Shown here: positions 39,101-54,627 of the stretch, in pieces
Position numbering within the stretch: the stretch's first letter is position 1
Layout: each line of letters starts with the position of its first letter
DNA from: Balanoglossus misakiensis
Taxonomy: Eukaryota; Animalia; Hemichordata
Length of the DNA stretch: 64,000 nt
Assembly: GCA_040954595.2 (NCBI GenBank)
Contig: CM082591.2
Span: forward strand, 10,619,309-10,683,308
Direction: 5' to 3'
Made by a program: the position numbers and the translations under genes
Notes under the pieces: model-generated
What the model was told of the DNA's origin: nothing
Databases searched by the model: none
Seen by the model: the letters and a program-made list of their open reading frames with translations, nothing else

Positions 39101-41620
39101 AACCATGGAAACTTTAGAACTATCCGTCGTTCTACAGAGTCTAGAGGAAAACTTTCTTATCCTCATAGGCCTATCATGTGTTCTGCGCATCACAACAGAA
39201 TTTTGTAAACAAACGAGGCTGTGTTTGGAAGCAACCATGCGCATAGGCCTATCATGTGTTCTGCGCATCACAACAGAATTCGGTAAATAAACGAGGGTGT
39301 GTTTGGAAGCAACCATGGAAACTTTAGAACTATCCGTCGATCGACAGAGTCTAGTGGAAAACTTTCTTATGCGCATAGACCTATCATGTGTTCTGCGCAT
39401 CACAACAGAATTTTGTAAACAAACGAGGCTGTGTTTGGAAGCAACCATGGAAACTTTAGAACTATCCGTCGATCGACAGAGTCTAGTGGAAAACTTTCTT
39501 ATGCGCATAGACCTATCATGTGTTCTGCGCATCACAACAGAATTGTGTAAACAAACGAGGCTGTGTTTGGAAGCAACCATGGAAACTTTACAACTATCCG
39601 TCGTTCTACAGAGTCTAGAGGAAAACTTTCTGATCCTCATAGGCCTATCATGTGTTCTGCGCATCACAACAGAATTTTGTAAACAAACGAGGCTGTGTTT
39701 GGAAGCAACCATGCGCATAGACCTATCATGTGTTCTGCGCATCACAACAGAATTTTGTAAACAAACGAGGCTGTGTTTGGAAGCAACCATGGAAACTTTA
39801 GAACTATCCGTCATTCTGCAGAGTCTACAGGAAAACTTTCTTATCCTCATAGGCCTATCATGTGTTCTGCGCATCACAAAAGAATTTTGTAAACAAACGA
39901 GGCTGTGTTTGGAAGCAACCATGGAAACTTTAGAACTATCCGTCGATCTACAGAGTCTAGTGGACAACTTTCTTATCCTCATAGACCTATCATGTGTTCT
40001 GCGCATCACAACAGAATTTTGTAAACTAACGAGGCTGTGTTTGGAAGCAATCATGGAAACTTTAGAACTATCCGTCGATCTACAGAGTCTATTGGAAAAC
40101 TTTCTTATCCTCATAGACCTATCATGTGTTCTGCGCATCACAACAGAATTTTGTAAACAGACGAGGCTGTGTTTGGAAGCAACCATGGAAATTTTAGAAC
40201 TATACGTCGTTCTACAGAGTCTAGAGGAAAACTTTCTTATCCTCATAGGCCTATCATGTGTTCTGCGCATCACAACAGAATTTTGTAAACAAACGAGGCT
40301 GTGTTTGGAAGCAACCATGCGCATAGACCTATCATGTGTTCTGCGCATAACAACAGAATTTTGTAAACAAACGAGGCTGTGTTTGGAAGCAACCATGGAA
40401 ACTTTAGAACTATCCGTCGTTCTGCAGAGTCTACAGGAAAACTTTCTTATCCTCATAGGCCTATCATGTGTTCTGCGCATCACAACAGAATTTTGTAAAC
40501 AAACGAGGCTGTGTTTGGAAGCAACCATGGAAACTTTAGAACTATCCGTCGTTCTACAGAGTCTAGAGGAAAACTTTCTTATCCTCATAGGCCTATCATG
40601 TGTTCTGCGCATCACAACAGAATTTTGTAAACAAACGAGGCTGTGTTTGGAAGCAACCATGCGCATAGGCCTATCATGTGTTCTGCGCATCACAACAGAA
40701 TTCGGTAAATAAACGAGGGTGTGTTTGGAAGCAACCATGGAAACTTTAGAACTATCCGTCGATCGACAGAGTCTAGTGGAAAACTTTCTTATGCGCATAG
40801 ACCTATCATGTGTTCTGCGCATCACAACAGAATTTTGTAAACAAACGAGGCTGTGTTTGGAAGCAACCATGGAAACTTTAGAACTATCCGTCGATCGACA
40901 GAGTCTAGTGGAAAACTTTCTTATGCGCATAGACCTATCATGTGTTCTGCGCATCACAACAGAATTGTGTAAACAAACGAGGCTGTGTTTGGAAGCAACC
41001 ATGGAAACTTTACAACTATCCGTCGTTCTACAGAGTCTAGAGGAAAACTTTCTGATCCTCATAGGCCTATCATGTGTTCTGCGCATCACAACAGAATTTT
41101 GTAAACAAACGAGGCTGTGTTTGGAAGCAACCATGCGCATAGACCTATCATGTGTTCTGCGCATCACAACAGAATTTTGTAAACAAACGAGGCTGTGTTT
41201 GGAAGCAACCATGGAAACTTTAGAACTATCCGTCATTCTGCAGAGTCTACAGGAAAACTTTCTTATCCTCATAGGCCTATCATGTGTTCTGCGCATCACA
41301 AAAGAATTTTGTAAACAAACGAGGCTGTGTTTGGAAGCAACCATGGAAACTTTAGAACTATCCGTCGATCTACAGAGTCTAGTGGAAAACTTTCTTATCC
41401 TCATAGACCTATCATGTGTTCTGCGCATCACAACAGAATTTTGTAAACTAACGAGGCTGTGTTTGGAAGCAATCATGGAAACTTTAGAACTATCCGTCGA
41501 TCTACAGAGTCTATTGGAAAACTTTCTTATCCTCATAGACCTATCATGTGTTCTGCGCATCACAACAGAATTTTGTAAACAGACGAGGCTGTGTTTGGAA
41601 GCAACCATGGAAATTTTAGA
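36200..41620. repeat. 1080-bp HOR (about 3 copies) followed by a 1422-bp duplication
   Basis: GTCTGGTGGA recurs at 36241, 37321 and 38401. Landmarks 39297 and 40719 differ by 1422=9x132+3x78. Confidence 0.8.
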
Positions 41621-42199
41621 ACTATCCGTCGATCTACAGAGTCTAGTGGAAAACTTTCTTATGCTCATAGACCTATCATGTGTTCTGCGCATCACAACAG
41701 AATTTTGTAAACAAACGAGGCTGTTTTTGGAAGCAACCATGGAAACTTTAGAACTATCCGTCGATCTACAGAGTCTATTGGAAAACTTTCTTATCCTCAT
41801 AGACCTATCATGTGTTCTGCGCATCACAACAGAATTTTGTAAACAGACGAGGCTGTGTTTGGAAGCAACCATGGAAATTTTAGAACTATCCGTCGATCTA
41901 CAGAGTCTAGTGGAAAACTTTCTTATGTGCATAGGTCTATCATGTGTTCTGCGCATCACAACATAATTTTTTAAACAATCGAGGCTGTGTTTGGAAGCAA
42001 CAATGGAAACTTTAGAACTATCCGTCATTCTGCAGAGTCTACAGGAAAACTTTCTTATCCTCATAGGCCTATCATGTGTTCTGCGCATCACAAAAGAATT
42101 TTGTAAACAAACGAGGCTGTGTTTGGAAGCAACCATGGAAACTTTAGAACTATCCGTCGATCTACAGAGTCTAGTGAAAAACTTTCTTATGCGCATAGG

Positions 42200-45100
42200 C
42201 CTATCATGTGTTCTGCGCATCACAACAGAATTCGGTAAATAAACGAGGGTGTGTTTGGAAGCAACCATGGAAACTTTAGAACTATCCGTCGATCGACAGA
42301 GTCTAGTGGAAAACTTTCTTATGCGCATAGACCTATCATGTGTTCTGCGCATCACAACAGAATTTTGTAAACAAACGAGGCTGTGTTTGGACGCAACCAT
42401 GGAAACTTTAGAACTATCCGTCGATCGACAGAGTCTAGTGGAAAACTTTCTTATGCGCATAGACCTATCATGTGTTCTGCGCATCACAACAGAATTTTGT
42501 AAACAAACGAGGCTGTGTTTGGAAGCAACCATGGAAACTTTACAACTATCCGTCGTTCTACAGAGTCTAGAGGAAAACTTTCTTATCCTCATAGGCCTAT
42601 CATGTGTTCTGCGCATCACAACAGAATTTTGTAAACAAACGAGGCTGTGTTTGGAAGCAACCATGCGCATAGACCTATCATGTGTTCTGCGCATCACAAC
42701 AGAATTTTGTAAACAAACGAGGCTGTGTTTGGAAGCAACCATGGAAACTTTAGAACTATCCGTCGATCTACAGAGTCTAGTGGAAAACTTTCTTATGCGC
42801 ATAGACCTATCATGTGTTCTGCGCATCACAACAGAATTTTGTAAACAAACGAGGCTGTGTTTGGAAGCAACCATGGAAACTTTTGAACTATCCGTCGATC
42901 TACAGAGTCTAGTGGAAAACTTTCTTATGCGCATAGACCTATCATGTGTTCTGCGCATCACAACAGAATTTTATAAACAAACGAGGCTGTGTTTGGAAGC
43001 AACCATGGAAACTTTAGAACTATCCGTCGATCTACAGAGTCCAGTGGAAAACTTTCTTATCCTCATAGGCCTATCATGTGTTCTGCGCATCACAACAGAA
43101 TTTTGTAAACAAACGAGGCTGTGTTTGGAAGCAACAATGGAAACTTTAGAACTATCCGTCGATCTACAGTGTCTAGTGGAAAACTTTCTTATGCGCATAG
43201 ACCTATCATGTGTTCTGCGCATCACAACAGAATTTTGTAAACAAACAAGGCTGTGTTTGGAAGCAACCATGGAAACTTTAGAACTATCCGTCGATCGACA
43301 GAGTCTGGCGGAAAACTTTCTTATGCGCATAGACCTATCATGTGTTCTGCGCATCACAACAGAATTTTGTAAACAAACGAGGCTGTGGTTGGAAGCAACC
43401 ATGGAAACTTTAGAACTATCCGTCGATGGACAGAGTCTAGTGGAAAACTTTCTTATGCGCATAGACCTATCATATGTTCTGCGCATCACAACAGAATTTT
43501 GTAAACAAACGAGGCTGTGTTTGGAAGCAACCATGTAAACTTTAGAACTATCCGTCGTTCTACAGAGTCTAGAGGAAAACTTTCTTATCCTCATAGGCCT
43601 ATCATGTGTTCTGCGCATCACAACAGAATTTTGTAAACAAACGAGGCTGTGTTTGGAAGCAACCATGCGCATAGACCTATCATGTGTTCTGCGCATCACA
43701 ACAGAATTTTGTAAACAAACGAGGCTGTGTTTGGAAGCAACCATGGAAACTTTAGAACTATCCGTCGATCTACAGACTCTAGTGGAAAACTTTCTTATGC
43801 GCATAGACCTATCATGTGTTCTGCGCATCACAACAGAATTTTGTAAACAAACGAGGCTGTGTTTGGAAGCAACCATGGAAACTTTTGAACTATCCGTCGA
43901 TCTACAGAGTCTAGTGGAAAACTTTCTTATGCGCATAGACCTATCATGTGTTCTGCGCATCACAACAGAATTTTATAAACAAACGAGGCTGTGTTTGGAA
44001 GCAACCATGGAAACTTTAGAACTATCCGTCGATCTACAGAGTCCAGTGGAAAACTTTCTTATCCTCATAGGCCTATCATGTGTTCTGCGCATCACAACAG
44101 AATTTTGTAAACATACGATGCTGTGTTTGGAAGCAACAATGGAAACTTTAGAACTATCCGTCGATCTACAGTGTCTAGTGGAAAACTTTCTTATGCGCAT
44201 AGACCTATCATGTGTTCTGCGCATCACAACAGAATTTTGTAAACAAACAAGGCTGTGTTTGGAAGCAACCATGGAAACTTTAGAACTATCCGTCGATCGA
44301 CAGAGTCTGGCGGAAAACTTTCTTATGCGCATAGACCTATCATGTGTTCTGCGCATCACAACAGAATTTTGTAAACAAACGAGGCTGTGGTTGGAAGCAA
44401 CCATGGAAACTTTACAACTATCCGTCGTTCTACAGAGTCTAGAGGAAAACTTTCTTATCCTCATAGGCCTATCATGTGTTCTGCGCATCACAACAGAATT
44501 TTGTAAACAAACGAGGCTGTGTTTGGAAGCAACCATGCGCATAGACCTATCATGTGTTCTGCGCATCACAACAGAATTTTGTAAACAAACGAGGCTGTGT
44601 TTGGAAGCAACCATGGAAACTTTAGAACTATCCGTCGATCTACAGAGTCTAGTGGAAAACTTTCTTATGCGCATAGACCTATCATGTGTTCTGCGCATCA
44701 CAACATAATTTTGTAAACAAACGAGGCTGTGTTTGGAAGCAACCATGGAAACTTTTGAACTATCCGTCGATCTACAGAGTCTAGTGGAAAACTTTCTTAT
44801 GCGCATAGACCTATCATGTGTTCTGCGCATAAGAACAGAATTTTATAAACAAACGAGGCTGTGTTTGGAAGCAACCATGGAAACTTTAGAACTATCCGTC
44901 GATCTACAGAGTCCAGTGGAAAACTTTCTTATCCTCATAGGCCTATCATGTGTTCTGCGCATCACAACAGAATTTTGTAAACAAACGAGGCTGTGTTTGG
45001 AAGCAACAATGGAAACTTTAGAACTATCCGTCGATCTACAGTGTCTAGTGGAAAACTTTCTTATGCGCATAGACCTATCATGTGTTCTGCGCATCACAAC

Positions 45101-48100
45101 AGAATTTTGTAAACAAACAAGGCTGTGTTTGGAAGCAACCATGGAAACTTTAGAACTATCCGTCGATCGACAGAGTCTGGCGGAAAACTTTCTTATGCGC
45201 ATAGACCTATCATGTGTTCTGCGCATCACAACAGAATTTTGTAAACAAACGAGGCTGTGGTTGGAAGCAACCATGGAAACTTTAGAACTATCCGTCGATG
45301 GACAGAGTCTAGTGGAAAACTTTCTTATGCGCATAGACCTATCATATGTTCTGCGCATCACAACAGAATTTTGTAAACAAACGAGGCTGTGTTTGGAAGC
45401 AACCATGTAAACTTTAGAACTATCTGTCGTTCTACAGAGTCTAGAGGAAAACTTTCTTATCCTCATAGGCCTATCATGTGTTCTGCGCATCACAACAGAA
45501 TTTTGTAAACAAACGAGGCTGTGTTTGGAAGCAACCATGCGCATAGACCTATCATGTGTTCTGCGAATCACAACAGAATTTTGTAAACAAACGAGGCTGT
45601 GTTTGGAAGCAACCATGGAAACTTTAGAAATATCCGTCGATCTACAGAGTCTAGTGGAAAACTTTCTTATCCTCATAGGCCTATCATGTGTTCTGCGCAT
45701 CACAACAGAATTTTGTAAACAAACGAGGCTGTGTTTGGAAGCAACCATGCGCATAGACCTATCATGTGTTCTGCGCATCACAACATAATTTTGTAAACAA
45801 ACGAGGCTGTGTTTGGAAGCAACCATGGAAACTTTAGAACTATCCGTCATTCTGCAGAGTCTACAGGAAAACTTTCTTCTCCTCATAGGCCTATCATGTG
45901 TTCTGCGCATCACAAAAGAATTTTGTAAACAAACGAGGCTGTGTTTGGAAGCAACCATGGAAACTTTAGAACTATCCGTCGATCTACAGAGTCTAGTGGA
46001 AAACTTTCTTATCCTCATAGACCTATCATGTGTTCTGCGCATCACAACAGAATTTTGTAAACAAACGAGGCTGTGTTTGGAAGCAACCATGGAAACTTTA
46101 GAACTATCCGTCGATCTACAGAGTCTATTGGAAAACTTTCTTATCCTCATAGACCTATCATGTGTTCTGCGCATCACAACAGAATTTTGTAAACAGACGA
46201 GGCTGTGTTTGGAAGCAACCATGGAAATTTTAGAACTATCCGTCGATCTACAGAGTCTAGTGGAAAACTTTCTTATGTGCATAGGTCTATCATGTGTTCT
46301 GCGCATCACAACATAATTTTTTAAACAATCGAGGCTGTGTTTGGAAGCAACAATGGAAACTTTAGAACTATCCGTCGATCTACAGAGTCTAGTGAAAAAC
46401 TTTCTTATGCGCATAGGCCTATCATGTGTTCTGCGCATCACAACAGAATTCGGTAAATAAACGAGGGTGTGTTTGGAAGCAACCATGGAAACTTTAGAAC
46501 TATCCGTCGATCGACAGAGTCTAGTGGAAAACTTTCTTATGCGCATAGACCTATCATGTGTTCTGCGCATCACAACAGAATTCGGTAAATAAACGAGGGT
46601 GTGTTTGGAAGCAACCATGGAAACTTTAGAACTATCCGTCGATCGACAGAGTCTAGTGGAAAACTTTCTTATGCGCATAGACCTATCATGTGTTCTGCGC
46701 ATCACAACAGAATTTTGTAAACAAACGAGGCTGTGTTTGGACGCAACCATGGAAACTTTAGAACTATCCGTCGATCGACAGAGTCTAGTGGAAAACTTTC
46801 TTATGCGCATAGACCTATCATGTGTTCTGCGCATCACAACAGAATTTTGTAAACAAACGAGGCTGTGTTTGGAAGCAACCATGGAAACTTTACAACTATC
46901 CGTCGTTCTACAGAGTCTAGAGGAAAACTTTCTTATCCTCATAGGCCTATCATGTGTTCTGCGCATCACAACAGAATTTTGTAAACAAACGAGGCTGTGT
47001 TTGGAAGCAACCATGCGCATAGACCTATCATGTGTTCTGCGCATCACAACAGAATTTTGTAAACAAACGAGGCTGTGTTTGGAAGCAACCATGGAAACTT
47101 TAGAACTATCCGTCGATCTACAGAGTCTAGTGGAAAACTTTCTTATGCGCATAGACCTATCATGTGTTCTGCGCATCACAACAGAATTTTGTAAACAAAC
47201 GAGGCTGTGTTTGGAAGCAACCATGGAAACTTTTGAACTATCCGTCGATCTACAGAGTCTAGTGGAAAACTTTCTTATGCGCATAGACCTATCATGTGTT
47301 CTGCGCATCACAACAGAATTTTATAAACAAACGAGGCTGTGTTTGGAAGCAACCATGGAAACTTTAGAACTATCCGTCGATCTACAGAGTCCAGTGGAAA
47401 ACTTTCTTATCCTCATAGGCCTATCATGTGTTCTGCGCATCACAACAGAATTTTGTAAACAAACGAGGCTGTGTTTGGAAGCAACAATGGAAACTTTAGA
47501 ACTATCCGTCGATCTACAGTGTCTAGTGGAAAACTTTCTTATGCGCATAGACCTATCATGTGTTCTGCGCATCACAACAGAATTTTGTAAACAAACAAGG
47601 CTGTGTTTGGAAGCAACCATGGAAACTTTAGAACTATCCGTCGATCGACAGAGTCTGGCGGAAAACTTTCTTATGCGCATAGACCTATCATGTGTTCTGC
47701 GCATCACAACAGAATTTTGTAAACAAACGAGGCTGTGGTTGGAAGCAACCATGGAAACTTTAGAACTATCCGTCGATGGACAGAGTCTAGTGGAAAACTT
47801 TCTTATGCGCATAGACCTATCATATGTTCTGCGCATCACAACAGAATTTTGTAAACAAACGAGGCTGTGTTTGGAAGCAACCATGTAAACTTTAGAACTA
47901 TCCGTCGTTCTACAGAGTCTAGAGGAAAACTTTCTTATCCTCATAGGCCTATCATGTGTTCTGCGCATCACAACAGAATTTTGTAAACAAACGAGGCTGT
48001 GTTTGGAAGCAACCATGCGCATAGACCTATCATGTGTTCTGCGCATCACAACAGAATTTTGTAAACAAACGAGGCTGTGTTTGGAAGCAACCATGGAAAC

Positions 48101-51100
48101 TTTAGAACTATCCGTCGATCTACAGACTCTAGTGGAAAACTTTCTTATGCGCATAGACCTATCATGTGTTCTGCGCATCACAACAGAATTTTGTAAACAA
48201 ACGAGGCTGTGTTTGGAAGCAACCATGGAAACTTTTGAACTATCCGTCGATCTACAGAGTCTAGTGGAAAACTTTCTTATGCGCATAGACCTATCATGTG
48301 TTCTGCGCATCACAACAGAATTTTATAAACAAACGAGGCTGTGTTTGGAAGCAACCATGGAAACTTTAGAACTATCCGTCGATCTACAGAGTCCAGTGGA
48401 AAACTTTCTTATCCTCATAGGCCTATCATGTGTTCTGCGCATCACAACAGAATTTTGTAAACAAACGAGGCTGTGTTTGGAAGCAACAATGGAAACTTTA
48501 GAACTATCCGTCGATCTACAGTGTCTAGTGGAAAACTTTCTTATGCGCATAGACCTATCATGTGTTCTGCGCATCACAACAGAATTTTGTAAACAAACAA
48601 GGCTGTGTTTGGAAGCAACCATGGAAACTTTAGAACTATCCGTCGATCGACAGAGTCTGGCGGAAAACTTTCTTATGCGCATAGACCTATCATGTGTTCT
48701 GCGCATCACAACAGAATTTTGTAAACAAACGAGGCTGTGGTTGGAAGCAACCATGGAAACTTTAGAACTATCCGTCGATGGACAGAGTCTAGTGGAAAAC
48801 TTTCTTATGCGCATAGACCTATCATATGTTCTGCGCATCACAACAGAATTTTGTAAACAAACGAGGCTGTGTTTGGAAGCAACCATGTAAACTTTAGAAC
48901 TATCCGTCGTTCTACAGAGTCTAGAGGAAAACTTTCTTATCCTCATAGGCCTATCATGTGTTCTGCGCATCACAACAGAATTTTGTAAACAAACGAGGCT
49001 GTGTTTGGAAGCAACCATGCGCATAGACCTATCATGTGTTCTGCGCATCACAACAGAATTTTGTAAACAAACGAGGCTGTGTTTGGAAGCAACCATGGAA
49101 ACTTTAGAACTATCCGTCGATCTACAGACTCTAGTGGAAAACTTTCTTATGCGCATAGACCTATCATGTGTTCTGCGCATCACAACAGAATTTTGTAAAC
49201 AAACGAGGCTGTGTTTGGAAGCAACCATGGAAACTTTTGAACTATCCGTCGATCTACAGAGTCTAGTGGAAAACTTTCTTATGCGCATAGACCTATCATG
49301 TGTTCTGCGCATCACAACAGAATTTTATAAACAAACGAGGCTGTGTTTGGAAGCAACCATGGAAACTTTAGAACTATCCGTCGATCTACAGAGTCCAGTG
49401 GAAAACTTTCTTATCCTCATAGGCCTATCATGTGTTCTGCGCATCACAACAGAATTTTGTAAACAAACGATGCTGTGTTTGGAAGCAACAATGGAAACTT
49501 TAGAACTATCCGTCGATCTACAGTGTCTAGTGGAAAACTTTCTTATGCGCATAGACCTATCATGTGTTCTGCGCATCACAACAGAATTTTGTAAACAAAC
49601 AAGGCTGTGTTTGGAAGCAACCATGGAAACTTTAGAACTATCCGTCGATCGACAGAGTCTGGCGGAAAACTTTCTTATGCGCATAGACCTATCATGTGTT
49701 CTGCGCATCACAACAGAATTTTGTAAACAAACGAGGCTGTGGTTGGAAGCAACCATGGAAACTTTACAACTATCCGTCGTTCTACAGAGTCTAGAGGAAA
49801 ACTTTCTTATCCTCATAGGCCTATCATGTGTTCTGCGCATCACAACAGAATTTTGTAAACAAACGAGGCTGTGTTTGGAAGCAACCATGCGCATAGACCT
49901 ATCATGTGTTCTGCGCATCACAACAGAATTTTGTAAACAAACGAGGCTGTGTTTGGAAGCAACCATGGAAACTTTAGAACTATCCGTCGATCTACAGAGT
50001 CTAGTGGAAAACTTTCTTATGCGCATAGACCTATCATGTGTTCTGCGCATCACAACATAATTTTGTAAACAAACGAGGCTGTGTTTGGAAGCAACCATGG
50101 AAACTTTTGAACTATCCGTCGATCTACAGAGTCTAGTGGAAAACTTTCTTATGCGCATAGACCTATCATGTGTTCTGCGCATAAGAACAGAATTTTATAA
50201 ACAAACGAGGCTGTGTTTGGAAGCAACCATGGAAACTTTAGAACTATCCGTCGATCTACAGAGTCCAGTGGAAAACTTTCTTATCCTCATAGGCCTATCA
50301 TGTGTTCTGCGCATCACAACAGAATTTTGTAAACAAACGAGGCTGTGTTTGGAAGCAACAATGGAAACTTTAGAACTATCCGTCGATCTACAGTGTCTAG
50401 TGGAAAACTTTCTTATGCGCATAGACCTATCATGTGTTCTGCGCATCACAACAGAATTTTGTAAACAAACAAGGCTGTGTTTGGAAGCAACCATGGAAAC
50501 TTTAGAACTATCCGTCGATCGACAGAGTCTGGCGGAAAACTTTCTTATGCGCATAGACCTATCATGTGTTCTGCGCATCACAACAGAATTTTGTAAACAA
50601 ACGAGGCTGTGGTTGGAAGCAACCATGGAAACTTTAGAACTATCCGTCGATGGACAGAGTCTAGTGGAAAACTTTCTTATGCGCATAGACCTATCATATG
50701 TTCTGCGCATCACAACAGAATTTTGTAAACAAACGAGGCTGTGTTTGGAAGCAACCATGTAAACTTTAGAACTATCTGTCGTTCTACAGAGTCTAGAGGA
50801 AAACTTTCTTATCCTCATAGGCCTATCATGTGTTCTGCGCATCACAACAGAATTTTGTAAACAAACGAGGCTGTGTTTGGAAGCAACCATGCGCATAGAC
50901 CTATCATGTGTTCTGCGAATCACAACAGAATTTTGTAAACAAACGAGGCTGTGTTTGGAAGCAACCATGGAAACTTTAGAAATATCCGTCGATCTACAGA
51001 GTCTAGTGGAAAACTTTCTTATCCTCATAGGCCTATCATGTGTTCTGCGCATCACAACAGAATTTTGTAAACAAACGAGGCTGTGTTTGGAAGCAACCAT

Positions 51101-52500
51101 GCGCATAGACCTATCATGTGTTCTGCGCATCACAACATAATTTTGTAAACAAACGAGGCTGTGTTTGGAAGCAACCATGGAAACTTTAGAACTATCCGTC
51201 ATTCTGCAGAGTCTACAGGAAAACTTTCTTCTCCTCATAGGCCTATCATGTGTTCTGCGCATCACAAAAGAATTTTGTAAACAAACGAGGCTGTGTTTGG
51301 AAGCAACCATGGAAACTTTAGAACTATCCGTCGATCTACAGAGTCTAGTGGAAAACTTTCTTATCCTCATAGACCTATCATGTGTTCTGCGCATCACAAC
51401 AGAATTTTGTAAACAAACGAGGCTGTGTTTGGAAGCAACCATGGAAACTTTAGAACTATCCGTCGATCTACAGAGTCTATTGGAAAACTTTCTTATCCTC
51501 ATAGACCTATCATGTGTTCTGCGCATCACAACAGAATTTTGTAAACAGACGAGGCTGTGTTTGGAAGCAACCATGGAAATTTTAGAACTATCCGTCGATC
51601 TACAGAGTCTAGTGGAAAACTTTCTTATGTGCATAGGTCTATCATGTGTTCTGCGCATCACAACATAATTTTTTAAACAATCGAGGCTGTGTTTGGAAGC
51701 AACAATGGAAACTTTAGAACTATCCGTCGATCTACAGAGTCTAGTGAAAAACTTTCTTATGCGCATAGGCCTATCATGTGTTCTGCGCATCACAACAGAA
51801 TTCGGTAAATAAACGAGGGTGTGTTTGGAAGCAACCATGGAAACTTTAGAACTATCCGTCGATCGACAGAGTCTAGTGGAAAACTTTCTTATGCGCATAG
51901 ACCTATCATGTGTTCTGCGCATCACAACAGAATTTTGTAAACAAACGAGGCTGTGTTTGGAAGCAACCATGGAAACTTTAGAACTATCCGTCGATCGACA
52001 GAGTCTAGTGGAAAACTTTCTTATGCGCATAGACCTATCATGTGTTCTGCGCATCACAACAGAATTTTGTAAACAAACGAGGCTGTGTTTGGAAGCAACC
52101 ATGGAAACTTTACAACTATCCGTCGTTCTACAGAGTCTAGAGGAAAACTTTCTTATCCTCATAGGCCTATCATGTGTTCTGCGCATCACAACAGAATTTT
52201 GTAAACAAACGAGGCTGTGTTTGGAAGCAACCATGCGCATAGACCTATCATGTGTTCTGCGCATCACAACAGAATTTTGTAAACAAACGAGGCTGTGTTT
52301 GGAAGCAACCATGGAAACTTTAGAACTATCCGTCGATCTACAGAGTCTAGTGGAAAACTTTCTTATGCGCATAGACCTATCATGTGTTCTGCGCATCACA
52401 ACAGAATTTTGTAAACAAACGAGGCTGTGTTTGGAAGCAACCATGGAAACTTTTGAACTATCCGTCGATCTACAGAGTCTAGTGGAAAACTTTCTGATGC
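42200..52500. repeat. ~4.35-kb super-HOR duplicated in tandem, containing 1002-bp and 870-bp sub-HORs
   Basis: Offsets are 4350 (42249/46599, 42971/47321) and then 5352=4350+1002 (43973/49325, 44843/50195, 45525/50877). TTTATAAA marker spacing is 1002=7x132+78 and 870=6x132+78. Confidence 0.85.
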
Positions 52501-53718
52501 GCATAGACCTATCATGTGTTCTGCGCATCACAACAGAATTTTGTAAACAAACGAGGCTGTGTTTGGAAGCAACCATGGAAACTTTAGAACTATCCGTCGA
52601 TCTACAGAGTCAAGTGGAAAACTTTCTTATCCTCATAGGCCTATCATGTGTTCTGCGCATCACAACAGAATTTTGTAAACAAACGAGGCTGTGTTTGGAA
52701 GCAACAATGGAAACTTTAGAACTATCCGTCGATCTACAGTGTCTAGTGGAAAACTTTCTTATGCGCATAGACCTATCATGTGTTCTGCGCATCACAACAG
52801 AATTTTGTAAACAAACGAGGCTGTGTTTGGAAGCAACCATGGAAACTTTAGAACTATCCGTCGATCGACAGAGTCTAATGGAAAACTTTCTTATGCGCAT
52901 AGACCTATCATGTGTTCTGCGCATCACAACAGAATTTTTTAAACAAACGAGGCTGTGTTTGGAAGCAACCATGGAAACTTTAGAACTATCCGTCGATCGA
53001 CAGAGTCTGGTGGAAAACTTTCTTATGCGCATAGACCTATCATGTGTTCTGCGCATCACAACAGAATTTTGTAAACAAACGAGACTGTGTTTGGAAGCAA
53101 CCATGGAAACTTTAGAACTATCCGTCGATGGACAGAGTCTAGTGGAAAACTTTCTTATGCGCATAGACCTATCATGTGTTCTGCGCATCACAACAGAATT
53201 TTGTAAACAAACGAGGCTGTGTTTGGAGGCAACCATGGAAACTTTAGAACTATCCGTCGATCTACAGAGTCTAGTGGAAAACTTTCTTATGCGCATAGAC
53301 CTATCATGTGTTCTGCGAATCACAACAGAATTTTGTAAACAAACGAGGCTGTGTTTGGAAGCAACCATGGAAACTTTAGAACTATCCGTCGTTCTACAGA
53401 GTCTAGAGGAAAACTTTCTTATCCTCATAGGCCTATCATGTGTTCTGCGCATCACAACAGAATTTTGTAAACAAACGAGGCTGTGTTTGGAAGCAACCAT
53501 GCGCATAGACCTATCATGTGTTCTGCACATAACAACAGAATTTTGTAAACAAACGAGGCTGTGTTTGGAAGCAACCATGGAAACTTTAGAACTATCCGTC
53601 GTTCTGCAGAGTCTACAGGAAAACTTTCTTATCCTCATAGGCCTATCATGTGTTCTGCGCATCACAACAGAATTTTGTAAACAAACGAGGCTGTGTTTGG
53701 AAGCAACCATGGAAACTT

Positions 53719-54627
53719 ATTTTATTTAGTTTGTATACGACTCCGCTTGAGGACATTATAGATAAACACAGTCTACAAAGTATGTTTTATGCTGATGACT
53801 CTCAGTTGTATATTGCTTGCTCTCGTGATTGTGTCCCGAGTAAAATTATTGAGAACTGTATAAGTGAAATTCGCCAGTGGATGCATGATAACATGCTTGT
53901 ACTTAATGATAGTAAGACCGAAGTTATTAGATTCTCTTCTAAGTTTGGCGATAGGGACCGACCACGAGAGTGTGATGTACAAGTCGGGGATGTCAGCGTC
54001 CATTCATCACCTACAGTGATTGACCTCGGTGTCACATTTGATATTACGATGACCATGACATCACATATTTCCACTTTGTGTAAATCAGCGTCTTTTGCTT
54101 TGTGGAGGATTAGTAAAATCCGGAATTGTCTTGACCAAGAATCAACTGAAAAACTTGTTCATGCTTTTGTAACTTCTAGGTTAGACTATTGTAACAGCCT
54201 TCTTTATGGCCTGCCAAATTATCAAATCAATAAGTTACAGTCTATTCAGAATGCCGCTGCACGTTTAGTCACTAAAAGCAGGAAAACAGAACATACTACA
54301 CCACTACTTAAGAGATTGCACTGGCTTCCTATACAGAAACGGATTGATTTTAAAATTCTTTGTTTAACCTACAAAGTTTTAAATAATATGGCTCCGTCGT
54401 ACCTGAAGGAGCTCATAAGTGTTCGTTCTTCTGTCCGTAACCTTCGTTCTACAACTGATTGTTCTTTTATTCTTGATCATCCCAAAGTTAACACAGCCTT
54501 TTATGGTGACAGGTCATTCTCTACAGGAGCACCACGGTTGTGGAATAAGCTACCGGTTCCACTCCGTAGCAGTGAGAATTTTAATGTTTTTAAATCCAGC
54601 CTTAAAACGTTTTTATTCAGGGAATGA
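53719..54627 (+). pseudogene. 5'-truncated LINE ORF2 reverse transcriptase fragment, copy 2
   Basis: The protein is identical to that from 33131-34039, including the YADD motif. Confidence 0.93.
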
